64,000 nt of DNA, from NCBI RefSeq assembly GCF_036971445.1, contig NC_091482.1:10850001-10914000 (forward strand), written 5' to 3'. Of this stretch, positions 1-12,844 are shown in pieces (within the stretch, counting starts at the first letter, position 1; each line of letters starts with the position of its first letter). Origin of the DNA: Narcine bancroftii. Taxonomy: Eukaryota. The notes beneath the pieces were generated by a model. It did not search any database. It had not been told where the DNA came from and was given only the letters and a program-made list of their open reading frames with translations. Both the position numbers and the translations under genes were made by a program.

Positions 1-110
1 GGAAAACCCACGCAGACATGGGGAGAACGTACAAATTCCTTACCGAAATAGCGCAGAATTCGTACCCCAGTTTCGATTACTGGTGCTGTAAAGGCGTTGC
101 ATTAACCAGT
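1..110 (-). mobile_element. tRNA-derived V-SINE (HE1-like), cut by the window edge
   Basis: Reverse complement contains GTACGTTCTCCCCATGTCTGCGTGGGTTTTCC (V-domain core) preceded by a tRNA-like head. A related copy lies at 27478-27680. Confidence 0.7.
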
Positions 111-2109
111 GCTTCCCTAAAGCACTGTGGTGGTGGTTTAGACTTTGGAATATCCTAAACAGGAATCACCTGCCATCTTGCCACTGTCCCTTAGACTCAA
201 TTACTACTCCATTACTCCCGAAGCAGCAACATTGCATCACCAACGTGTCTGTAGTCTTCGACAATGCTGTTTATCAAGGCAAGTGAAAGGATAAAGATAA
301 CAACCATGCATTTTTTTTTATTGAACAGCACTTGATAGCACTGATATAACATTGCAAGAACTTGACACAATTGTCAGTTTACACTGTAAATGTACAGTGT
401 ATCCACAACATGTTTCTGATCATATATTATCCTGGTCTACCTCTGAAAGCATAAATAATGCAAGATACTGAATTGTAAGAGCTGCTTTCGTTCAATTATT
501 ACAAAGTTCTGCTTTCTGTTTCCAACAATGTATACAAAAATATTCTTTCATTTTCCAATTGCAAATATTCTCCATTTATGAAAAATGATCTTTAGTTCAT
601 AGACCATTCTAGCTCTAACTGCAAGGTTTTAAAAGGCTGGTTATGCATTTATAATGCTGGAATCTGTAACCCCCCCCCTTACACAAGTCCTTTTAATAGC
701 AGACTTGGATGTGGAAGTCAAAAGTCCAAGAAATGGAACTGGATTTCTTCTTGAAAGTGTCACTGGCCAAATTGCTTATATCCTATTCTGAAGAGAACAC
801 AAGGATCAAGACCTGATAGAAAATACTGTTTCAAGAGTTAAATAACTTTTTAAAAAAAATACATTAATAACAATCAGTGGCAGGTGATCAGATAATTCAA
901 GAACCAAGTGGCCAAAAGATAAAAGTTAATTCACCCGTTTTCTTGATATTATGTTATTCCTTTGACAGCCACGACTGCCAGTAAAGCATTAGTAGAGTAG
1001 CATTATGGACAAGGTAATGGACTGGCTCAGAATATAGATAGTAATTTGAACCTAACAACTGGTGAGTTCAACAAATATATTTAGTATCCAGCAGTTTAGT
1101 GGTCTACTGGCAACGATCCTGTAACTGCATTTATCAAGTTATCCTGTGCAGCTCACAATAGGGAAGCATAATCACAAATGATACGTTGGTGTATATTTGG
1201 AATAGTACACATTAGATCTTCAAAAAGTTTCTGCAAGAAACAAACTGCACATTACATTCCAATAATTTCAATTTTTAAAAACCTGCTGGAGAAGCTCAGC
1301 AGGGATAAAAGTTGTCAACATTTCTCCTGGAATCAATCCTTCAAGAATAATGCTCAAAATGTTATGCCTTCAATTCAGAATGACTATTTGCTGTCAGGTT
1401 GATCATGCAGCCACATTTTGTTTCACTAAAAATAATTTATTCAGAATATTGACATTTGTCATGAATTGAGTCCATTATTTCATTCCACCGACATATTTGG
1501 ACAAAACTGCACCAATCAACAGAGGAACAGAAAAGGATGAAAATACTGAGCCCAAGTGGCATCTGTGGGGAAACAATAGTTGAAATTTCAATTGGAAGAC
1601 AAATCAACAGAACTGGGAGATGAAAGCAGCCTAGTAAACTGCTAATTATGTGGGAGAAGGGGAATTTCCCAGACAGGTTTAAAAGATGAAACCAATGCTA
1701 TTTACCAATGAGAACAGTTGGGAGTGAAAGCACGAGCATGGAAGTTGCAAAATGTAAAGCTGGAAGATGTGCCCTGGAGGTCCACACGGTCACAGCCCCC
1801 TCTTTGTGAAGTGTTGCAAATTGGGAACATTTCTTTAATTCCACTTTTTTCCCCCCAGATCAAAGATAGAACTGTGGATATTTTTTTCCACTCCTTCCCA
1901 GACCCACAATTTATGCAAGCAATGTTTACTTCTACAGAACTCATTATTTCATGTTCCCATCTACTTTCCACTCTGCTCCTGTCACATGGGCAATCTGGCA
2001 TACTACTAATGCTCTGGGCCAGCTGAGCAGCTCACCCTGCCGATTTATGCTCTGAACCAAATCCTTGACCACACCTAATCCATTTCTCATTACTCCAGCC
2101 GCCCCCTAC

Positions 2110-2420
2110 GTCAGAGCCAGCTTATTCCACCCAGTATCCTCCATTCAACCAATCATTATTTGCAATTTATGCCATTTTCAGGACTTTTCTTCTTCCAAGG
2201 TCCAGTTCCGTCATGATCTTGGTCACATCTCACAACCACCTCCCCTTCATGAAGCACTTTTTTTTGCAATTAAATACTTAATTTAAAACGAACCAACCTT
2301 TGGTGAAATAGTGATTCATTCACTTTGTACAAACCACCCACTTCAATATGCCCCACAGCTTTATGTAGTTACAAGGAGGCTCAAGAAACCATATCTAGAC
2401 AATATTTAATTCCACTCACC
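2110..2420 (+). mobile_element. Highly degenerate Penelope-like retroelement relic
   Basis: Translates to FHPVSSIQPIIICNLCHFQ...FRHDLGH, resembling the post-RT segment of fish Penelope ORFs. Boundaries approximate. Confidence 0.35.
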
Positions 2421-5400
2421 TCCACCTATGGTATTAGCTCAGCTTGTCTTTTTAAAAAAACTGATAGACATCCCCCAACATGACCTCTAGGCTTCCTGCC
2501 CTACATATTGTAATTCCAACATAATTTTGGCTGCTCTCACTAAATGTTCCCATTCGCTCATCCAATGATGTATCCTCATGTCATGGTCAATCCCAATCAG
2601 TTATTGGGTTGACCCAATAAAGGTCCATGAAAGGGTATGCTTAAGTGAATATGATGCAGGGTTGAAAATCCTCTTATCAGCACTGCCCACTTTACATACC
2701 CAATTCATTGTTCCCTAGTATCAGACAACGTAGTGCACTCTATTCCCATGCAATCCTGGTTTGATATTATTCACTTGAAATGACAGCTACAGTACATCTG
2801 CAAAATACTGAAGATCACTATGGCTCCAAGGTGTTAAAAAAAAACCTAATCTGCAATCAAAAAGTAGATCTTAGTGCAATTCTGAAAAAAAATTCTACTG
2901 GGCAGACACCACCTGACTGGCAATTTCAAGTTAATCTGTGGCTTGTAATAAATCTCCCCTCCAATCCCAGATGCTGTCTATTTGCTGGTTCCAATAATTG
3001 CCCACACCCCCCCCCCCCCAATTGGTTCTCCCTCCTCCAGATTAGATATTAAAAAACACACCAGATTGCTACCCTATTAGACTTTTCCTTTCTCTCTCTC
3101 CCTCTCCAGATGCTTTCATATTCTAACCACTCCAGCATTTTCCTCAATACTGCATGGAGCAGGGCATTTTGTAATTATTGACAGGGCTAGTTTGGGCCAG
3201 ATAAGCATGTTTACCATTGTTAAACCAGGTTTGCAAACTTAACTATTGGATGGAAGAAAAATGACACTTTTCTTTCTTCAGTGCCATATCTGAATGGAAT
3301 TTGGCGATTGGTTTGTGCAATGGCATAATACAGATACACTTTTGAGCATTTTAACCTGCAATTTCAGGCAAAATTTTAGAAACAAGTGAGTACACTTCTT
3401 TACTTGTGAGAAAATGGTTGATATATCAAATAACACCTTCAACATCCTGTGATTTCACTTCTGAAGATTAGAGAATGTCAAGTATCAACAGAATGATCAA
3501 CAATGTTTGGAATTTGATAGATATGAAAAAACTCATTCTCACCAATAGTTTCAGTTGATTTTTTTCAAAACATTTTATTTTTCCCACCGATGACAGAACA
3601 TAGTAATAAAATTGATTTGATATGATATCAGGCCATGTTTCTTAAGGTTCCAGATTTGGATTAATTTATCCGCCTGTAACTGCATCTAACTAGCATTTCA
3701 TTCCTTCATCTCAACTTCCAGGTTAACCCTCAGTTAAGAAAAAAAAACTAAATACTCAGGTTAAGTTGCATCTGTGCAGACAACATTTCAGGTAGATATT
3801 AAAGAGGAAGCTGGCAGAGAGTAGAAAATACCAGCTTTCTCAAGGGATGCAAGACTTGGAACAGAAGTTGAATCCAAGTACAAAGGACTAGAAAATGAGA
3901 TATTAAATAAAACCAGGGGTTGAACTCAGAAATCTAATAAAGCACGGACGGCAGTTGAGGCTTCATTCAAGTGCAACAGCATCACAAACAAGAAAATGAA
4001 ATGAAATTAAAATGGCAAGCATTTGCAAGTTTGGTGTCTAATGCAAAGCAAACAAAACTATTTTACCTACTTCTCTTTGGACTGCAGTTTTGAAATTAGC
4101 ATGACTAACCTATCGCTCATTTAAGATACACGAGGCTGTGCCACCTGGAAGGAGCATGATTTTAGTGAGGGAAGTAATAATTGGAACCCCCCCTACCCCC
4201 CAGGATAGAAACAATGAACTGAATCTGGATGATGCAATGCATTCCTATTTAAAGCCAAAAAAGGGTATTTCAAATTTTGTTCGGCTAAGGTTCAGGTTTC
4301 TGCAAATTTATTGAGGGTGAAGAATGCTGCTTTCGGTGGCCAATCAAATTGCACTCCAATTTGCACAACCTGCTTTCCGATCACTTGCAACCTCCCACTT
4401 TAAGATTCTATAAACTACATTTATGCTGCCAAGTCAGTCAACTTACTGAAAGCCTTGAATAATCAAGGATAAGATGGCCAAAAACAGAATCAAGGGTTGA
4501 GCTTTCAATTTGGGGGTCCTTTTCTGAGGTATTTACCAACATCGTTAACTACTACATCAAGGCCCCTTCAGGTGTATTAAATGGAGTAGTACACTGCATT
4601 CAACTGTACCCCAACTTCGATCACAAGGAAGTTCTTCCATGCCCTACATCACTTAACAGATAAACCATCTAATTTCTCTTCATTCCTCTCAAAATCTTCT
4701 GCAGACTTAAAACATTTTAGTTTACTCTTCCTCTAAACTTGACATTCTACCGTTTTTCCTGCATCCCCTTGGCATTTTTGCTGCTTTCAAATGGACTACC
4801 TCAAGCTTTTCTATTCAAATGTCATCTTTGTTGCACCTACATAGCAAAATGATGTAGGTCTGCTGCCTGGGACCCCCCCCCCCATTTACTAAACATTTTG
4901 GTTTCCTACCATTACTTCTACATAGAAAGAGCCCAATGCAGAGCACTGCAAGGTGATAACAAGATTCTGATATCACCCTACCTCCTTAGCAAGTCAATGC
5001 TTTATTCATTTATAACTCTGCAATCATATAGTCTCCACTTATTACATTATAGATCTTGCTATTACATATCTACCTACAAGCCACTTCAACAGGCAAAGAT
5101 GAACAAAGTTATTCCTTTTCAACTAATCCCTAGAACAAAATATCAACAATCAAAAATGTCTTTTATCCAATCCATACCCTTTAAACTGGATCAGGACTCT
5201 CCCTAATGCAGTGAGAGAAAGATGGCTAGGATGAGGATTAAGCCACTCAAGGAAAAATCAGGTTATGCAGATTAATATTGGCTAATGATGGTCAAAAATT
5301 CACAATACACCAAGAATACTGCAATGTTTCTCCAAGCACACCAGCAGATTACAGTGCTAAGTGAATCCTGTGTACAATTATCTTTTGACTAAATGTTGCT

Positions 5401-8400
5401 ATGTCCACTTGCAATTACCATATGTGCTTTCAATGCAACTATTTATTTTGAACTTTTTTTTGGTGATCAAGTCTCAACCAAAACAAAAATATTCAAATCC
5501 CCCATAAAAAAAATTGCACTCTTCTAGCATCGTTGATCAAAAGCACCGTGGATCCAGTACACTTAGCATCGAACTACAGCACATGTAGAATTTGAGCTTC
5601 TTTTGTATTGGATCAAATAGGAGTCTAGCAGGTGGAAGAGCAAAACATTAGGAACAAATTATTTTCAAATTACAGCATATCAATTACACATGCGTGGTTT
5701 AGCTGTCACAAGCATTGCCCTAAATCAGGTTAACTTGAGAAATTATGTATTCAGGGACTTGTTACTACAGATGGGGGTGAACAAGAAAAAAAGCATCTTT
5801 TCCTCACTTTGGAGATCCATGGGAAAGCAAAAATTAATCACCCAGCAAAAGTTATTTGCATCAGAAGCGATATTGAACACCGTGAAACTCAGCAGAGACA
5901 AAGTTCAGATTTTAAAAAGTATCTTCTTAGGCTGCAATAAACATTAAGATTGAAGGTGGAGGGATTGTGCACGATTTGACCGTGGCTTATGAATGTTGCT
6001 TCAACATGAGTAATGTTTAAAATGAGGGTACCTATTTCCAAGTCACGTTTCAACCCACAAAATAGAGGGCAGACACCTTGATGAATTTCTCTCCATAATT
6101 ATTGTTATAGTGCATTCAACTGTCAGCAGTTGCAAAATCATATTTCAGCAAATTCAACAGTTATAAATTAGAAATTAAAATGTTAATTCCCTGAAATTAA
6201 GTTACAATTTTTAGACCAATTTCCTCAAGACCTGGATTACATATCCTCATGCTTGCATCTTAACTGTGGGAAACTGCACGATGTTTCAAATGCCCAAGCA
6301 CCAAAAGAACTCCAAAACCAGAGGGGATCACATTAAAAGGCAACATATTTTATGGAGACAGTAAAGTGTAAATTAACCAGAAAACTGAGAGGGGGAAAAA
6401 ACCCAGTAAATATTTGAGACTTTCAATTCTCCTAGAAAAAATTGATGGTATTATGCAGGGACCCCCCCCCCACCTGCAATATTTACATAACTGGATTCTG
6501 TAATAGTCCAGAGCTGGCTACAATTTAACAGCTCAAATTTTTAAATTTAATTATGCACTAATCTCAGTGTTCAGGGAACATATTCAAAATTTCATTTACT
6601 GTCACCTGAACTGAGTGATTATTAATCTACCTCACTGCTAGTTATCCTTTTAGATGTGGTTCATTTCCTGACAACCACCTGTTGTTATAATTCCCAGTAA
6701 ATGCGTCACAATTGTTAATCCGTCAGTGTTAACGTCATCGTGCATCAACTACATGGAGCACATGGTCATCACCATCCATGACACCTGCAAAAAAAAGTCC
6801 TGAAAGAGTAAAACCACAATAGACATTTATACTAAATAACTAAACTTAAATAATTCCAAGGCAACAATTTTATACAATCTAGTTTCAATCCTTGATTTAG
6901 ATTATTGTCTTATTGTTCAAATGCCTAATCCAAATGACCCAACAACAAAAAATAGTGCTCCAAAGAAAATAGCTTTTGCCTTCCCTAAGGGGAAGTTTTG
7001 GCCTGAAAATCAAATGCTCAAAAAGCAGAAAATTGATTTGGATTTTCTAGGGAACTAAAATCAGAGTTCAAAGAGCTAAAATAGCCATTTACAGTTGTCT
7101 ATTTTTTATTTTTGGAACTGCAAGATATTACAACATACGCCAGCACATCCCCCAACTGAAACAAGCATGAGTCATATCCGACACAGCTAAAGTACAAATT
7201 GTTGTTCTTGCACTCAAGGTCCAATCAAACCTTTCAATAAATTGAAATTTTACTTTAGCACACGTACATTTTCTGTTTTACTGCATGACAATAAAAATCT
7301 TGAAATGAGGATCAGCAATACAAACGAAGAGATATTGAAGCCACATTAGCTAGTATGGAAATTTATTAATGAATACTAGAAAATAGGAATACAGAGAAGG
7401 GGATTGGGCTATTTCACTTGAGGAATAAAAGTCAAATTGAAAGGGCCAAATGGAGTGTCAGAAATCATGAATTACTCACTCAATTCCACAACTTTGAATG
7501 GAAACAATGCATTTCAAGAAGCCAAATGTAACTCGGAGACTTGACAGATAATGACCAGGAATCACAACCTCCAAATTACTTTTCATTCTCTCAAGCCACA
7601 AGAAAACCATACTTCCCAGATAATAGAAACTGGACAGGGTTCTAACTAGATAGACATAACCCAACTTCCATACCATGTCAAAATCTATATTTTAATTACA
7701 AGACTTTAAGCAATTCCAGTAACTACTGCTTTATGTTCTCAAATGTGGCTTTGTGGCAACAAGTTTCCGTAATTTGCTGTAATAGCCATAACTGACTTAA
7801 AAATTCACAAGCATTTACCTAATCAAGTAATATATTTTACAGCAAACACTTCCACATCCTACTCTAATTCTTCATTATGTGACCAAGTTTTCATTGAGTG
7901 TTCAAGATTCAAGGCCACGATCAGTTTCAATTTCTGATCCTCAAAATTATATTGATTAAAAATTGGACTACCAAGGTGTCATATTGTAATCAACAATCCC
8001 TACAAGTTGCTTCGACATGGACCTGCAGACTTGATTCACTGCCCTACAATGAATATTTCACCCTTGATGGAAATCCAACTGCAACCAAAAAAATGTGTAA
8101 CGTGACATGTGCACCATCTATTACACAAGTCAACTTTCATACATAGATCTAAACGGGAGGATGTTGAACCAGAAGTAGGGCGTAAAGTGGTTAATGTAGC
8201 TCAACTGTCTCTTGACAAGACAATATTTAGGGCACTACTTGTCTATTTCAAAAGCAATGAATATTAGTGAAAATGAAGACCATAAGAAGTAAAAGTGTTC
8301 TTTCCACAAAGGAAAGGAGTCATTTACAAAATGAAACATTGACAGTGGGTAGATTCAGGTTTTTAGAAAGGACTTTGTCGCAATGAAATGGAAAATAATA

Positions 8401-9163
8401 AAACAGCAACGGCTTTGTTGACCCTTTATTAAAGTTCAAAACATTCTCTGTTTTAGCATTACACTCATCTCGCACGTGCTATCTGTCTGGTCTCAAGGAG
8501 AGTGCATAGAATATACAACAAATGATGCTGACCACAAGATGTCCCTACTGCACTTCAATTGAGTGCTTTAGGGACAACTAATGGCACTACATCACATCCC
8601 TCTTTTTCATCCCTTTAATGATTTTTTGGAGCAAAAAAAAAATCAACCCAAATTAATCCTAAAATTATTCCCACCTTTAGTTTTAGAAATCATAGCCCAT
8701 CTGGCAATAGATCTTTTTTGATAGACAAAGTAGGAAAATGCTTTATCATGTTTATAATATACTTAAGCTGAAAAATGTTTGATTACACTGAAAAAAGTTA
8801 ACAATTTCGTGGTGGAATTACAGAACACTATTGCAGATCACCTTGATTTTCTGTTAGTTGTTCTCTTTCAATTCTATAACTGGACTAAGGAACTATACGG
8901 AAAACTACCCGCAGATTCCAGCACAATAAACTTAAGACTAATACATTACACCCATGTGAATTAATCAAAATTTAGAATATGAATTTGCATTATAAATGTG
9001 GAAATACAACTTGTAAATGATCTGGACTATATAAAATGCAAATTATTTACAGCATTGTTGTGAACAGTTTTGGGGTTACTTAAGGCTCCTAAGAAATTAC
9101 ACAAGATGGAAGCCAAACATCTGTTCACAAAATAATTGACCCAAACATACAATTAAAGACTAA

Positions 9164-9169
9164 TTTATT
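9164..9169 (-). terminator. Candidate SRSF1 poly(A) signal
   Basis: AATAAA on the - strand just downstream of the GGA-rich 3'UTR blocks. An alternative lies at 8425-8430. Confidence 0.35.
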
Positions 9170-9299
9170 ATCAACATGGATGTTAAACATTAAAGCTTGA
9201 GATGTAATCTTTTGGACCAAATCAATTTAATTATTCCTTTAAATTTAGAATGCACAGCCAATTCAAATCTTTAACAAACACCCCATAATAAGATACAAA

Positions 9300-9775
9300 A
9301 GTTAGAAATCACCCTTGTTACCAAATCCTGAATGCCGAATCCATCCAAGGAATTGCTCCAGCGTACCTCTCCTGGTCCTGGGTTCACTCCATTTACGAAA
9401 AAAGGCAAAAGAAAAAAAAACAGCCAATCCCACGGGGCATCCACTGGACTCCAACTGATAAAAAATAAAAGGGAAGGGCTTTTCGTAGAGCCAATTATGG
9501 GTATGGGGGGGGGGGGGGGGGAGAAAACAAAAACAGAAAACAACAAACAAAAGAAAATCCAGAAATACACGATTTGATTGGGGCAGGAATCCACTCCTAC
9601 AGCTCCTGGTAATATGATCCCGCTCCATGAATCCATGTTATGATCCTCCCTATCCTATCCTCACAATGAATTGAATCCAAAGATCCAGCTCCAAGGATTG
9701 GGATCCAATGAGCCCTCTCCAATCCAAACCTTTAATAACCAGCAAAACCAAAAAAGGAGGCAAACGTTAGATACA
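9300..9775 (-). promoter_or_regulatory. SRSF1: SRSF1 distal 3'UTR GGA-rich conserved element with a 3' splice site
   Basis: - strand reads CTAAC (branch point, 9770-9766), a pyrimidine tract, then AAAG|GTTTGGATTGGAGAGGGCTCATTGGATCCCAATCCTTGGAGCTGG with dense GGAT/GGAG motifs. From recall it closely resembles the highly conserved mammalian SRSF1 3'UTR. Confidence 0.75.
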
Positions 9776-10563
9776 ATAAACAACAAAGTTTATATGGGAT
9801 GGGACAGTAATAGCTGTCATCTGGTCAAAATCTAAAGATGCTTTGACAGATGAACAGCACAAACTGCATCACACCCCTACAGTCAATGTGAACATTGTTA
9901 CATATTTTAACAATAAACTTTATTTCACAACACTGTTAAAAATGACAACTTACTATTGTAGATAAGTATTCACTAATCCAACATCATTGTAGCCCACAAG
10001 TGGGCACATGATAAATCTTACATTTAGTTTACTTAGCTAAAATGCGTCTATCGATACCGTTCAGTGTATTTAATGTAAATAAGGGACATGATGTTGGACT
10101 AGTGGATAGGAATTCAAGCCTGATAGTATCTACTACACGCACTTCAATTAGAACAAAATTTACTGATGCAGTATTTACTTTCATCCACACCTTGATTTCT
10201 AGTTACCATGTGAAATCTAGTTGTACTATACATGTAATTCACCACTTAACTGCATTACAAACTAAATTGATGAATTTTTTTTTGGATCCAGGTAACCAAA
10301 CTGCTGAAAGACAGCCATTTAACTTTTAAATCTTTTAGAAGTTTGATAAGTTTTATCAATGGGACTTCTGCTCAAAATGGTGAAAACCAATGCCAGACTA
10401 GTCACACAGAACATGCAAGCTCAGCAGTATTGATGCTGCACAGAACTTCGTAACGCGGCACAGTAACACCATACTTTATGGATTATACAACCTTTTGTAC
10501 AAAAGAGAAGCACAACTTCAATACTGCCAAGTTTAATTGTGACAATAGCACTTGGAGTCATAC
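9730..10563 (-). other. SRSF1: SRSF1 3'UTR alternative intron (NMD-coupled), 834 nt
   Basis: Donor CAATG|GTATGA at 10563 and acceptor AAAG|GT at 9730. The junction lies ~554 nt downstream of the stop codon. Confidence 0.7.
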
Positions 10564-10697
10564 CATTGCCTCCATAAATGATCAGATTCCTCCTCCTCCT
10601 CCAATTAGACACGATTTGACATTCCTAATATGACTGAAATGAGCTCCACAATCCTTTATTCCAAAGAATGCTTAATCCATCCTCAGTTGAGATAAGT
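10564..10697 (-). other. SRSF1: SRSF1 3'UTR internal GGA-rich exon-like segment, 134 nt
   Basis: Preceded by CTTTTCATGTATCTTCCTATAG (acceptor) and ending at ATG|GTATGA (donor). Contains GGATGGAT, GGATTGTGGAG and GGAGGAGGAGGAGGA. Confidence 0.6.
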
Positions 10698-11117
10698 CTA
10701 TAGGAAGATACATGAAAAGGTAAGATAAGGTACAACACAAGGTTTACATAAACATGTTTCACAACAAACCTAATCTACATAGCCTCCTACAATTCTTACA
10801 TTAGGATTTATTCAATTCAAATGAAGTCAAGTATAAACATTAACAAATTACCGTAACAGTTTATTGTTAATCCATGTCATGTTGACACCATTGAAAACTT
10901 CCCAAACTCCAAATCTACTCTATCTACACAATTATCAGACTTCAGCAATGACGAGGGAATGCTAACAAAAGAGACTTAACCCTCTTTTTGTGGTATCAAT
11001 TTTAAATTTGTACTAAACTTGAATAAAACAAGTTAACGTGGATTTAAAAATAAAGAATCCATTCTATTTAAGGAAAAGAGTGGTGGTGTTCTACAATTCC
11101 AGCAATGGATTTACAAT

Positions 11118-11312
11118 CTAGCTACGCGAGCGCGATCTGCTATGACGGGGTGAGTAGCGGGGAGATCCTCTGCTCCGTCTGGGAGAGTAACTACGGCTTC
11201 TGCTGCGACTTCGGCTACGGCTTCTGGTTCGACTGCGGCTACGTGAACGAGATCTTCCATAGCTTGGACTTCTTGGACCATCAACGCTCACACGGATATA
11301 TGCTGTTTCTCC
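11118..11312 (-). CDS. SRSF1: SRSF1 coding exon 4 (end of RRM2 plus RS domain)
   Basis: CAATAG|GGA GAA ACA GCA... translates [64 protein letters not shown]. 195 nt, TAG at 11120-11118. Confidence 0.97.
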   Translation of the reverse strand, partial: GETAYIRVSVDGPRSPSYGRSRSRSRSRTRSRSRSRSRSRSYSPRRSRGSPRYSPRHSRSRSRS

Positions 11313-11743
11313 CTATTGGATACGTGAAGAGAAATGTTCACTACTTTCAAATGTAATCCACAAAAGCCACTGAATAAGGCTAATACTATATTAGTTTCTT
11401 TTCTGCGAAAAGAATGTCTTTATGCCACTCAATGTTGACTTTCAACGAGAAATTTCCTTTTCAACTTAGGGTGACGTTAAAGACAGTGCTGCAATCACTA
11501 AATGTTCATTAAACCAAAATTGTTTAGATTTAATTGTAAAACTCAGCACATACAAAATACTCAGCCTTTACAAAATTAATGGGCCAATTCCCATAAGAAA
11601 ACAGTTTGTTGTATTAGCCATAAACAGAAAACTATTTTGAGCCATTCCTTGTGGTTATTTTGCCTTACCTGAAGCTCCAAATGAACAGTTAAGTTATGGC
11701 TCTTAGTCATCATCTCTAAGTCTTTCAGAATTAGGTAACATAC

Positions 11744-11916
11744 CTCGTGTGACCGAAATTTTGTGGTATCCAGTTTTCGAACTGCATAGGCCATATCTTC
11801 TTTTCGAACAAACTCCACGACACCAGTCCCATCACGAAAAACATCAGCATAACATACATCACCTGCTTCCCGCATGTGATCTTTCAAATCTTGCCAACTG
11901 CCGCTTGGAGGAAGCC
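11744..11916 (-). CDS. SRSF1: SRSF1 coding exon 3 (pseudo-RRM2)
   Basis: [58 protein letters not shown], with the SWQDLKD signature. AG/GT boundaries, 173 nt. Confidence 0.97.
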
Positions 11917-11996
11917 CTTCAAAATGTTTTAATTTCAAACAATTAGTTTCTGTCGAATAAAAAGCAAAAATAAAAACACCGAGAAGGCCACCTCAC

Positions 11997-12185
11997 CTGA
12001 AACAACCACTCTGTATTCGGATCGGCGAGAGGGGGGTCCGTACCTTCCCCTCGGTGCTTGACCACCACCTCCACCGCCGCCACCCCCCTCTTCCAGTCCC
12101 TCTCCCACTCCGTGGAAATTCAACACGCAGACGGTAGCCGTCATAATCATAACCATCGCGACCGTACACAGCATCTTCTGCATCT
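11997..12185 (-). CDS. SRSF1: SRSF1 coding exon 2 (end of RRM1, glycine linker); +1 G in run at 12083-12088
   Basis: TTTCAG|A GAT GCA gives [32 protein letters not shown], then the frame shifts to [30 protein letters not shown]|GTGAGG. Confidence 0.93.
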
Positions 12186-12844
12186 CTGAAAGACAGAAAT
12201 GTGGATATTCACATGGAAATTGAATGATGAGCCACTGGAAGAAGACTTTTTTTTTTGAGACCCAATTCTACCTTGTCTATTCATGGACTGGTCACCATGT
12301 CTCTCAGAAGACAAGGATCCAGAGCATCACGTGAAGTGCGCGACTGCGTGGATTGGACGGACGGAGCACGTGGCCATCCTCGTTTATTGCCGCGCTCCCG
12401 CCAAACAAAGGGCCGGCGTGGCGCGCTTTCCCTCTGCACCAAAATGGCGCTCAGTCGGGGAAGAAGAGAACCTAGCACAGCTCGGGAGGAATTAAAATAA
12501 AACCCGCGTGGGGTCGAAACGGCCCCATTTCCCGCGAACGACAGGAAAACAAACCCTCCAGCATATTGCGCCCCAAATCCTTGCTGCGACCATGGGGTCG
12601 GGGGAGGGGGTCGGGGGGCCCCACTCCATCGCTACCGCTGGGTTCAATGAAGTTAGGCTGAGGGGTGTCACCTCCGGCACCGGAGGTGCGGCCACGCTGA
12701 GACCTGGCTGGGAGCCCGCGGACGTGGGGGGAGAGAGAGAGAGAAACGTGGTCGACCCGCGCGGGGTGGCGGACGTCCGGGGGTGCGGAGAGGTTACGGA
12801 CATTTCCCACCACCAACACCGTCCTGCTCCCCCCCCCACGTCCT

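Noticed and set aside
6723-6772. C-box (GTGATGA) and D-box (CTGA) pair on the - strand suggesting a C/D snoRNA
   Set aside because: The span is only ~50 nt, there is no terminal stem, and no guide complementarity was recognised.
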